Below, in pieces: positions 23,837-35,303 of a DNA stretch of 64,000 bases. The notes beneath the pieces are model-generated. The model worked only from the letters and a program-made list of their open reading frames with translations. It searched no databases and was not told where the DNA came from. The position numbers and the translations under genes were made by a program. Source of the DNA: Owenia fusiformis (taxonomy: Eukaryota); the NCBI GenBank assembly GCA_903813345.2, contig CAIIXF020000001.1, positions 27,094,001 through 27,158,000 of the forward strand, read 5' to 3'. Each line of letters opens with the position of its first letter. Position 1 is the first letter of the stretch.

Positions 23837-25585
23837 TACGGTGAGAAAATCGGCCGTATGGTTTTAGCAACATGTCACCACATCTTGGTGGTCGCATAAA
23901 AAACGAAAAAAAGAATAAGATTGTTCATGATACGCTGCTATCACAGTGTGTCCCGACCTCGTCATTTACAGAAATACCAGAAAAATTGGTACATCTACTT
24001 TTCGGTAGACTCATAAAAATGAAAAGATAGGTAATTGAAATAAGAATCATACTGTATGCTTGTAGCCAGACATGAGACGGGAAATGCAACTGCCTCGGGA
24101 ATATGTTTCTCTACTAAAACTGTTGAAATAAACTTGCTTTCCGTGACTTCAAAATCCTTCATGCCACCCGAAGGCCCGACTGAAGAAACAGTTCCTTTAT
24201 TTTACTAAGCGATGTCAAAAATTTGGTGTCATTCTCTTGGACAAAAATAAACCACCCTGTGCAACGACACCATCAATCATCCTTCTGAATGGATTTTATT
24301 GGAAGCCAGTTCTGATATCCCATTGAAAGCGGGATAGACCCCCTTCACCCTAGTGAAAGATCATTTTTCTAATCAACGTTCAATCACAACATACACGAAG
24401 ACTTTTAATAAATAATCAGGATAGCCTAAAAACAGATAAAAACATTTATAATTTCAAAAGCATGTGCCTCCGTTTTGCTTTTAGGTCCTTGACAGCTCCG
24501 CATAATCCAAGAATTATAGAAATTATTAAGGAATATTAAAACAGAACGGAGAACAGATCGCCTGTCGCTGTTTACTTGAGTCGTCGTCAATAACATTGTT
24601 ATTTCATATCCATTTGACATCGAAGTACAACTGCCCAACAAGGGACATGCAAAAGAATCGTTTATTAAAAGTCGAAAAGCGATTCAAATACATGCACCTT
24701 TAGAGACAATATATGCTTGGTGGCCTTCTGTGAGCATCTCCCTTGCGACAACGTGTATTGTAAAGATACTGGTGTTTTGAGAGCCATTCGAATTTGATGT
24801 AAAATATATATTTCATTGTAGTTTTCATTTAGCACGTGCAGTACCATTTAGCACATATCATGATGATGATAATGGTGTTTATGTGTAGTTTGATGATGGA
24901 GTTTGACAGTGTGGAGTAAGTAGGGGTAAATATTCATAGAACCGAGGCAAGTGCCAAGGCAGGATTCAGCGATACGTTGTTCGACACAATTGAACTGTTG
25001 GTAGACTGTAAAATGATTTTAACAATTTTATTGTCAACAGAATCATATAACAACAACTTAACACCATAATTCCTAACCCATCCCTACACCATCTGTTGTA
25101 TGATCGCATTTCCAGATTAATATAAAGTCAGAGGAAAATCATCAAGAAAATGTCTCTTAGATAATTGACAGCATTTTGGACGTTACAACACAAACGGTAC
25201 CTGAACTGGTGGAACCACGTACGGCTAGCCGTCTCGCAAACGGGCAAGCAGCCAAACCGATACCCGATCATTTAGCAAATCCCAAACCTTTGCAAACAAA
25301 GGGAGGTCCTTAAACTATGGGATTTTAGTATTTACTTGATCGTATATGGTTTGTTCATCCGCGCTACTGGTAATTGAATCATGCTTTTCAGTCCAGGCAC
25401 TCGACAGGTACTTAACACTTCGTCGGTCAAAGGTACCAAAACAAAATCATTTGGCTACCCATTACTAATAACTGTTGGAGTACAATTGTATTCATATATA
25501 TATGATGTGAATGTCTGACTATTGTTATTTGTCCTTTCCAAATCAATTAAAGATTTTTTGTGTCCGATATCCTTTGGATTTTTTA

Positions 25586-26554
25586 TTAAGAGTACTTTTT
25601 ATCTACTTGAGCTTTCACCCAAGTATACGTCTCAAGCAGACCGTCATAAAGAGATCGACTCGGTTTCCAGCCTAATTTCTGTTGTATAAGGGTGTTGTCT
25701 GAATTTCTACCTCGCACTCCAAGAGGACCACTGATGTGACGGACTTCGATTCGTTTTCCAGATATTTTGATTATCTTATCAGTCAGTTCATTGATTGTGA
25801 CCATTTCTTCTGAACCGATATTCACGGGTCCTTCAAAGTCGGAATTCATCAGCCTGATAACACCTTCTACACATTCATCTACAATTAGAAAGGATCTCGT
25901 CTGTTTGCCATCGCCAAATATTTCTATAGAACCACCATCGTTTGTCATGGCGACTTTCCTACAGATTGCGGCAGGTGCCTTTTCCCGTCCTCCCTCCCAT
26001 GTACCATAAGGACCGAAGATGTTGTGAAAGCGTCCTATACGAACATGCATACCATGGTTACGCGCGTAAGCCAAGAAGAGGCGTTCACTAAACAGCTTCT
26101 CCCAGCCGTACTCAGAATCAGGCGCTGCTGGATAAGCAGAATCTTCCTTGCAGTTTGGTTTTTCTGGGTCAAGTTGGTTGTATTCTGGATACATACACGC
26201 GGAGCTGGAATAGAATACCTTCTTGATGTCCAACTTCTGACAAAGGTCGCAAACATGGAGGTTAATCATAGCCGAATTCTGCATGATAGCTGCATCATTC
26301 TCACCGCTGAAAACGAACTCAGCGCCACCCATATCTGCAGCGAGTTGATAGACCTCATCGATATCGCTAGTTATGATCTTCTTCATCTCGTTCAAATCTC
26401 GCAAATCGGCAACAACAAATTCGTCTCCCATCTCAGCAAAAAATTCATGTCGTTTAATATCGGCCGCTCTAACCCAATATCCATCGCGCTGAAGCCTTTT
26501 CACCAAATGGCCAGCGATAAATCCTCCAGCGCCCAAGACGACTGCTCTCTTCAT
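25586..26554 (-). CDS. GME: GDP-mannose 3',5'-epimerase-like extended SDR (NAD-dependent epimerase)
   Basis: Rossmann motif GAGGFIAGH, then LAADMGG, YSSSACMYP (catalytic Cys), YGWEK (YxxxK), RFHNIFGP, GGREKAPAAICRK (catalytic Lys), GDGKQTRSF and GVRGRNSDNTLI, all hallmarks of GME. Intact 322 aa, no coding introns. Confidence 0.9.
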   Translation of the reverse strand: MKRAVVLGAGGFIAGHLVKRLQRDGYWVRAADIKRHEFFAEMGDEFVVADLRDLNEMKKIITSDIDEVYQLAADMGGAEFVFSGENDAAIMQNSAMINLHVCDLCQKLDIKKVFYSSSACMYPEYNQLDPEKPNCKEDSAYPAAPDSEYGWEKLFSERLFLAYARNHGMHVRIGRFHNIFGPYGTWEGGREKAPAAICRKVAMTNDGGSIEIFGDGKQTRSFLIVDECVEGVIRLMNSDFEGPVNIGSEEMVTINELTDKIIKISGKRIEVRHISGPLGVRGRNSDNTLIQQKLGWKPSRSLYDGLLETYTWVKAQVDKKYS

Positions 26555-26574
26555 GGTTTTGTCACGTCCCGCTG

Positions 26575-26951
26575 CTGAAATAAACGAAGCATTTGATTAA
26601 CGCAATTAACGCAATTCTTACATATTTAGCAGTTTTCGCCAATTAACTTCGAAATTGCTTGATCGCGCGCGGGATTCTGTTATCTCATTCTCTAGGTTAT
26701 AAAAACATCACCAATACGTTGCTCTGAATCAAAAATTTCTATCCTACAAGTTTAGATAAATTTAGATAAATAGTACTTTCTCATTTCCCATAATACCATC
26801 ATGATTAACCATGACATCTCATTTCTTCTCAGCTCAGGTGAAACGGAAAGATGCTAGTATCAGAATGCATAAATACGTAGTCTAAATCCTGAATACAAAT
26901 ATCGTATTATTTTTGCAAATTGAATTGGAATGTGAAGAAACGTTGCTTTAC
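26575..26951 (-). other. Putative 5'-UTR intron of the epimerase gene
   Basis: Minus-strand acceptor TTTATTTCAG/CAG lies 20 nt before AAAACCATG. Candidate donor AAG/GTAAAG at 26951. TATATA at ~27211. Confidence 0.5.
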
Positions 26952-28752
26952 CTTCAATCCTTTTTATTTTTTAAAGTTTCCCTCGAAGTGGTGCAAGTTG
27001 TATTTATTATCACAGCTTTTTGCTAAACCTTTCTATTCGACCATGTGCTATTGCGATGATCTCCTCTCTGGCACTAAACCAATAAACGTTTTGTTTATCG
27101 ATAAGTGTGATAGTGTAACATATTGTATGCTACGCCCCCTTCAATAATTTTTGCAAAATTGACTTTTAATTACACTTCTCTTTTACCATTCCTCCTGATT
27201 ATGACTAAGGTATATAAGGGGTGTTTCATATATGCACACCCCCTCAAAGAAAAGTTTAACCTATTAACGTGTGGTGCATGGTAAATGATAAATAAGTAAA
27301 ATCAGAAACTCGGGACAAATGGCACGAATGGAGATGAAAAATCTCAAGTTGAGCGACATGCAATAAAAACGAGAGCAAATTCTCAATGACTCAAATGTAT
27401 TATTTTAGTTAGAAGTAAAAGGCGAATACTCTCTTATAACTTCTAAACTATACCAAAATATATTTTTCAAGTAATTTCAAATGGTATTAAAACTTTTACC
27501 ATAAGCGTATCGTTCACGGTGCCAAGCGACATTATTAAAGGGACTCATACCAAAAAAGATCTATTCAACATTCATGAGCAGCAGTATTTGTAAAGCGCCC
27601 AAGTGTGTGAAATTCCCAGGATACTCATGTATTTCAATCAAAGTTGCGCGAACACGAAAACATGAAAATAAATATTGATAGGTATATAACCACATCCAGT
27701 CTTGATTTAAATGTAAATAAACAAAATAAAATAAATGAATATGTATATGTTAATTTATGTTATTGAAACATGTGTCAATGATAAGGCAAGATTTACTAAT
27801 ATGCAATAACCTTAAACTAAAAAGAAACAACGACAAATTCTGAGTGAGAAATGCAATCTAAACGATGTGCGTACTTTTGACGCATTATACTTTCGATGAT
27901 GAAATTAAATTATATAAATATAAACCATAAATATAACGACGAGTGCGCATGATCTAAGTCTTTCAAGTAACTAGCAAATTGACATAGGCACGAGTATGAT
28001 CCAAAAGCCCCGCTATAGGTTATAATCGCGAGCAAGTCCCTGCTGAAATCATGAGGTATAAAATTTTTTGTTTAAATTCACTTTCTAAAGTTTCACAGAA
28101 CATTTTATGTTCCAATTCTATCATATCTCTCCAGGCCCCGAACGAACAAACGAACAGACGGATGAACGCATGTACGCACGCACGCACGAACGGACGCACG
28201 CACGAACGAAAGAACGAACGAAATGTATGTGTCCTCAGAAAAGTATACTCCTCGGAACATTGAATTATGTAGAATATACAAAAATCATTGAAGATATGAT
28301 ACAATAGTCGGTAAGTGATAATTTTTTTGAGTCAAATTCTTGTACTATCTTGAAATATGAAATATGTTGTTTCTTGTATAATTCAATACACTGCAACAAT
28401 AACCTATATATGTAACTATATTGTAATTAGCAGTGAAGCACATGATTGAGAGATGATTACTACTGAAAACACATCACAAAATATAGTATCAATTTTATTT
28501 ATTATTTATTTTGATGCTACCCTTACAGTGGCATTCACAATGGAATTTATAATTCAGAAAACATCTGATTACTTGTCATCTTTCACAAACATTGAACCTT
28601 TAGGAGCCTTACTTAAAATACATTTACTAACTAAATATCTTGAATAATATTGTAATAATTTGAAAACCTTTTGTTATAGGGTTTCCTTGTTCCAAAAGAC
28701 ATATGGTACATGAATGTTTACAAAATGCATGGGAGTACAAATAATGATTATA

Positions 28753-29797
28753 CAAGGGGCGATCCATATATTCTGATAAAAATGCTCTCATCTTGTGATT
28801 TTTTCACATATCCCTTTCATTTTTTCAGAACATGTAGGTTATGTAATTACACATACAATGCTAAAATATTTAAGCTATATCTTAAATTAATTTTGAAATA
28901 AGGTTGCCATGGTAACCTGTATTTAGGGTAGGCAGGTCAGTTAAATTATAATGTCTGAAATAGATAAATATGTTAATTTAATAATTCCTTGGTACCTATT
29001 TTAGGCAGATCAAACGCATCTTCCAGTCATTGCCAACTATTCATTGATCTGTTCTATACCCCTGATACCCTTGTTTGATAATTAACACAGTGGGATAGCT
29101 ATCTTTTAATAAGTAACATCTCAATTTATCGTAGTGTTATTCTCTGTCAACAAGCTCTTCTTGCAACCAGATTGTGGATGATCATCAACAGTGACCATGC
29201 CTTCCTCTTTACAATACTACCTATAGATTCTTTATGTAGATATAACACCTTACCCATGCACTAAATGAGGCCATGTAAGTCTCTGACAGTGTCCTCTTAC
29301 TTATTCTTGAAAGAAAATAAAATCTAATGGTATTCCCTAATGTATCTGTTAATGTCACACTATGCATCAGCCACATTAACCTCATCTGACAATTTGATTT
29401 TGGTGTGTCTCATAACATGTAATGTCAATTGGCCCATTCTGTCCTACAATGCTATTGTGATTTGTTGTGATGTTATAGTGAGCACATATTTGTTTAGCAA
29501 CAAACAACGAGTAACAATACCAAACTTTTTTGAAAAAATGCATGATTTCCGTATGCTTTAAAATAATTAAAATAACAAGTTATTATGATATTTATATGTT
29601 ATAATTTAATTGACCTGCCTACCCTTAATACAGGTTACCATGGCAACCTTATCTCATTGATAATTTAAGATATAACTATAATATTTTAGCATTGTATATG
29701 TAATTACATAATCTACATTTTCTGAAAAAATGAGAGGGATATGTGAAAAAATCACAAACTGAGAGCATTTTTATCAGAATATATGGATCGCCCCTTG
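28753..29797 (-). mobile_element. Internally deleted Tc1/mariner element with ~230-bp TIRs and TA target duplication
   Basis: TA-CAAGGGGCGATCCATATATTCTGATAAAAATGCTCTCA...TGAGAGCATTTTTATCAGAATATATGGATCGCCCCTTG-TA. A decayed minus-strand peptide GMVTVDDHPQSGCKKSLLTENN (~29130-29205) resembles the mariner D-x-P-R-S-G-R-P linker. Confidence 0.75.
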
Positions 29798-31030
29798 TAC
29801 AAGTACAAGTGAATTCATATTGTATTAATCATGACATACAGTACAAAAAATACTTGTAGATATTGTAATATATAGGCTGAATAATTATTCGATGTACATC
29901 AGATCTTGAAATTTTGAACCTCTGTTGGAATGGAATGTATGCATAACCACAAATTCATTCAGACCACACAGACAGATCTGGAGGGGGGGGGGGGGGGTGC
30001 AACACATTTTTCATTTTGTTTTTTGGGCCACATTTTCAAAAAGCTCTTCTGATATATTTCAAAAGTGCCTTTTCAGAAGAGAGCCTACATTTATGAAAAA
30101 TGTGACAAAATTTCAGCAAGAAGGCTTGAATTTTCAAAAATATATTCTTGTGAATTTCCAGATCTGCCTCAGAACCTAAAACATGATATGATACATGTAT
30201 CAGTCGAATGATTAATATGATACATGTACCAGTCGAATGATTAATATGATACATGTACCAGTCGAATGATACGTTTAGGTTCCATATATACACTATACCT
30301 CAAGTTGAGATTGGCAATCTCAAGGCTTCAAATTACACATATTTACATATTGTTTAACATACAAAGAGATGGGAACTACTACACAACTACTACACAAAAT
30401 AGGGAACCTCCATACATGTAGTTCTATATTCATAAAACATACATGAAAAAATTACTTTATGACTCATTGTGTTTTCAAACATGTCAAAAATGTACAATAA
30501 ATGGATATCAGGTATCCATGACGCGTTTTTCCAATACAGACACACATAAATAGTTTCACAATTTTTCATTGCTTTAATCTAATAATTCTCTTTTGGCAAG
30601 TATTTTGGAATATCTAAAATACAATTTGATTATATATTATACAAATAATAATAAATAGTAGATAAAACATAATGGAATTAAAAACTACATTTTAGTGCAG
30701 TACTGCACTTTTTCCCCATCCCATATTCCTCTCATTTATCACAAGCATGGTTCATGAAAATTTACATCTTACTATGGCATAAATACTTGCATCATTTTGA
30801 GCAGATTGTTTTGTATGAATATTAGACCATCCGGTGTATATAAAAGATCAGTATCTACCACATAAAACACATATGTAGCATACTTTATTGGATATTTTCC
30901 ATCTATGTACCGGTATGTAAAAGATAACGTCCATTTGCTGATGAAATACATATCCCTAAAAGTCAATAGATGATATCAATCAGTTAAAACTAATGAATCT
31001 AATACAAAACAACAACAAAAATACATGAAA

Positions 31031-31796
31031 TAGTGAAACTTGTATATCCGAACACCTCTCCATATGAACACTTTGCCCAGCCCATATACAAGTATGTTAT
31101 CTCCCATTGACTTACATGTTCATAAAACCTCTCCATGTGAACACTTTGCTCAGCCCATTTACAAGTATGTTATCTCCCATTGACTCACATGTTCATAAAA
31201 CCTTGAAATGTGAACACTTTGCTCAGCCCATATACAGGTATGTTATCTCCCATTGACTTACATGTTCATAAAACCTTGAAATGTGATCACTTTGCTCAGC
31301 CCATTTACAAGTATGTTATCTCCCATTGACTTACATGTTCATAAAACCTTGAAATGTGAACACTTTGCTCAGCCCATATACAGGTATGTTATCTCCCATT
31401 GACTTACATGTTCATAAAACCTTGAAATGTGAACACTTTGTCTCAGTCCCCATATACAAGTATGTTATCTCAAATTGACTTACATGTTCATAAAATCTTG
31501 AAATGTGAACACTTTGCTCAGCCCATTTACAAATATGTTATCTCCCATTGACTTACTTGTTCATAAAACCTTGAAATGTGAACACTTTGCTCAGCCCATA
31601 TACAGGTATGTTATCTCCCATTGACTTACATGTTCATAAAACCTCTCCATGTGAACACTTTGCTCAGCCCATATACAGGTATGTTATCTGCCATTGACTT
31701 ACATGTTCATAAAACCTTGAAATGTGAACACCTGCTAATCTGAACACTTTTGGACAACGGTCCACGAGGCATTTGGATTAGAAAGGTTTCACTGTA
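31031..31796. repeat. MITE containing an expanded 73-bp minisatellite (~9 units)
   Basis: The unit TGAACACTTTGCTCAGCCCATATACAGGTATGTTATCTCCCATTGACTTACATGTTCATAAAACCTTGAAATG lies between AGTGAAAC... and ...GTTTCACTGTA ends. Related unexpanded copies at ~42572 and 61741. Confidence 0.8.
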
Positions 31797-32129
31797 ATAT
31801 ATTGATTTAAAAAGTAATATACTTGTAGATACGATTTCATACACTCTTGAATATTATATTAACATCTTTCTCTCTCTCTCTTTGTTCACATGTGAACCAT
31901 GTCGAAAATTCAACAATTGCATACCATCCTGTTGAAGGTATGTTTCGACTTAGTCAAAGGGATAAAATATTGAATTATTTTGACTATAATGAGCTAATTA
32001 CTTAAGCACCGTACTAAACTAAATGAAAACCTAGGGAGATCACTATTTATTAATGCCAATGCAGTTACAGAATATTGTTTGTCTTGTTCACTCCCTGAAG
32101 TTAAATTGATTGTGTCCAAGATCTACCTA

Positions 32130-32512
32130 TTCCTATTTCTACTAGGAATTCGATGGACTGTGTTCTGTGCCTATTTCTTTTTAATAATTTTTTTAATATC
32201 CATTTTCAATACAAAGAATACTTCCTAAAATAGTTGTTCATGTGTTAGTGCATGGACAATAGACTTATCAGCCACATTAGAAATTCAATGGACTGTGTCC
32301 ATGTGCCTATTTCTACTAGAAATTCAATGGATTTTGTCCACATGCCTATTTCTACTGGAAATTTGTGGGACTGTGTCCTGTGCCTAGTTCCACTAGAAGT
32401 CCAATGGACTATGTCCTATGCCCCTTTCTATAGAAATCCCAGTGGCTATGTCGTATACCAATTTGTACTAGAAATTCAATGGACCATGTCCTGTGACTAT
32501 TTCTACTAGAAA
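32130..32512. repeat. Degenerate ~37-bp minisatellite in the mucin 3' UTR
   Basis: Repeats of TATTTCTACTAGAAATTCAATGGACTGTGTCCTGTGCC. Confidence 0.75.
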
Positions 32513-35303
32513 TAATCATTGCCTCTTGTGTTATTATTAACTCTATTGTTTGGACTGTTTCTAACATATGAAATGACGCCTCGATTTGAAATTGGTTGAT
32601 CATCAGGGCTAAATGCTGGATTATCAAATAGGGGGTCCTGTCGTCCTGGATTTGGTGTATTAAATGTTGTAATTTTAGATGGATCTGCATACTGTAATAA
32701 ATAAAATATAGAATTAGAAATATGATGGGTTTGGTTTATAATCTGATACAGTATTTATTGTATTAGATAGCTATTCAATTAACATGAACTGAATTAAATT
32801 GACAATAGATGTAAAAAAAAAAAAAAAAAGAGGTTTCTCACAAGGGCTTATAGCTAGGCTAATCTTAGCTATAACACGGCTACTTACTCTGACATCATCA
32901 TCCATAAACCTATCTTGGCTGACAGAATTTTCATGCATTTCTAGATCTGGCCCAGCCCCTGATTTAAGCTTGGCCCTAGGGAGCATACTGGGGTTCCAGG
33001 AATCTAGGCTCACAACATGGGAGGATACCCCATCACGATATGCTGTCCCGTAGGTTGGATTTTCAAAGTTTGACTCAGGTTTGTCTTGACGTCGTCTTCT
33101 GGAAAACATGGATACTCAAACTTAGGGTAGACCCTTCGATATTTTTATGCCAGCAACTCGAACAAAGGTCCCATCCCCCTAAGGCACCAGCCTATAATTT
33201 TTTAACCCAATCTGTCAAACCATATTTGAGTTATCGCCTGGACAGATGAACGAATGACTGAAAGAACAGATGAATGGACTGACAGACGGACAGTTTCTCT
33301 ATATCCCAGTCAAACTTCAACTGATAATTACAACTGGTCTAAGTACTCCCCTTGTGAAAGAAATTATGGTCCCCTGGGGATTATGGTCCCCTTTCTAAAC
33401 GGCCCTTACTGACCCTGATTGTGTATAAGATAATAAGGTAAAGAGTTGTATTTAGGTCACCATATAAATCAATGGAGAGTAGGACCATAATTTGATAGAA
33501 CCTCCTGCCCTATTGAATATTCTCTGTAAATGGTTCTTTGAAAAAATACTGATCAATTCTCTTTAATGGGCAGAAAATTAACTCCTTCTACTTTTTATTT
33601 CTACATGTTGACATTTTACACTGTTAATTGTTTGATTTACAGTTAATTTTATCATGGTTAATTCCCCTACCCCATTAAGTGTGAAATGTTCATTTACTTA
33701 TATTACAAGACCAAAAATTGTCATTAATCAAAGCCATGAACTACACTACATTCAATATATCTCATACATTAATTTGGAAATCTTAAATCTTTTAATGAAT
33801 TAACCCCTGTTCTTTTTCAAGAGATTTTGCATTCTAATTCATTACCATTTTAATCTAACCAATAAGTAAAATGTAAAATTAACCAAAAGTATTGACTCCA
33901 AAGAGAGTAAACTACTGTATTCACAATTGACATTTGAATTTATTGCAGGATATAAAAATGTTATATGAGATAAATTGAGCGTCAGGATCAAATATCAAAT
34001 ACAACCCTTATAACTTACGAAATAAAAATCAATTGATACCATACACATATCAGGAACATGTGTAAAGTTCAGAATTTCAAATCAAAATTGAATCTCATAC
34101 TGCTATGATACATGTGCAACATGTGCGCCAAATTTATTGATTTGTAAAATTGGTTTTGTTCAACATGTCATTTTGAATCTGATAGGGCCATTAACCCTTG
34201 GTTATCTGAGTAACATCATACAAATATATATGTCACTCATTTGGAAACAGCTTGCTGCAAAAGTATTTCAAAGGATTTTCAGAAATGAAAGTACACATGT
34301 ATAAATGTAAATGGCAATTGTTTTGTAACTATCAGAGTAGTGAATATGAGGATGGGGCCAACTTTTGAGAGAATTAAATAAAAATAAGTTCTTCCGTAAA
34401 AGAAGAGAGAAAAATAGAAATTAGTTAAGAGTTATCTTCCTAGTATTATCTTGCTCACAACATTTCACATCATGGCTTTTTTCTGAAAGTCTAATCTTTA
34501 CAACATTGTTTCTCTCTACCGCTGAATACTTAAGGTTTTTAGATTTCAAGATTTTTACATATTGATAAATTCATTGATTCAAAAATATCTAAAGAGAAAA
34601 TAATATAGAGGTTATACCAAGGGAGGGATTGTTTATTAGGTTTATTCTGAGGGATGATATGATATCTTACTGAAGTACCAGAGGGATTGAGGGAAAATAC
34701 ATCATCTCAAATGATAAATCCAATATAAACCCCTCTTGACCTTTTTATACCATAACTACTATGACATTTAGAATAAAACATAAGGGCACAAGATAAACAA
34801 GACACACATTAATAAATATTGCACTTTGAAGAGCAAAAGTGTCATTAACCCAGCATCCAACCAGATCTTGACACTAGTCTGTTCTTGCATCTGTAAAACT
34901 TCAAGTTGAACATATAAGCAGTTTTTCTGGAATTTTGACACACACGCACACATATAAACCCAGCAGCACAAGAAGATGACAATATAGCACTTTCTCACAG
35001 TACGATAAAAATGAAAAAAAACAAACTATAGTGCGTCCTTCTTCAAAGAACTTCTTTATGCTTAAAATACCCTTATACAGGGTGTTCCATATGTTTCAGG
35101 AATGATGCTGTATTTTATTGGTCTCCTTTTTGAATATCCTTGCAGCAATGATGCCTATAGTGCCTCATATGCCTAATATCAAAATGGCTTTAATATGGTT
35201 TAAGATAGAACATACCTGCAGCAGAGGACAACGATTATGATGATGAGCACAAGGCAGAAAGCTCCAACTCCCGCCCCCACACCAATAGCAATTAAACGCA
35301 ACC
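32506..35303 (-). CDS. Mucin transmembrane and cytoplasmic exons
   Basis: LIAIGVGAGVGAFCLVLIIIIVVLCC-RRRR, then FENPTY, FDNPAF, and the end ...RGNDYF*. Confidence 0.82.

Noticed and set aside
25586-26554. Bacterial contaminant or operon fragment
   Set aside because: No neighbouring bacterial genes or Shine-Dalgarno sequence. The flanks are AT-rich with animal repeats and a splice acceptor. Reads are still needed for final exclusion.
25767-26578. Plus-strand ORFs of 80 and 184 aa
   Set aside because: Antisense shadows of the epimerase CDS.
31065-31730. CRISPR-like array
   Set aside because: Units are contiguous with no unique spacers, there are no cas genes, and the context is eukaryotic.
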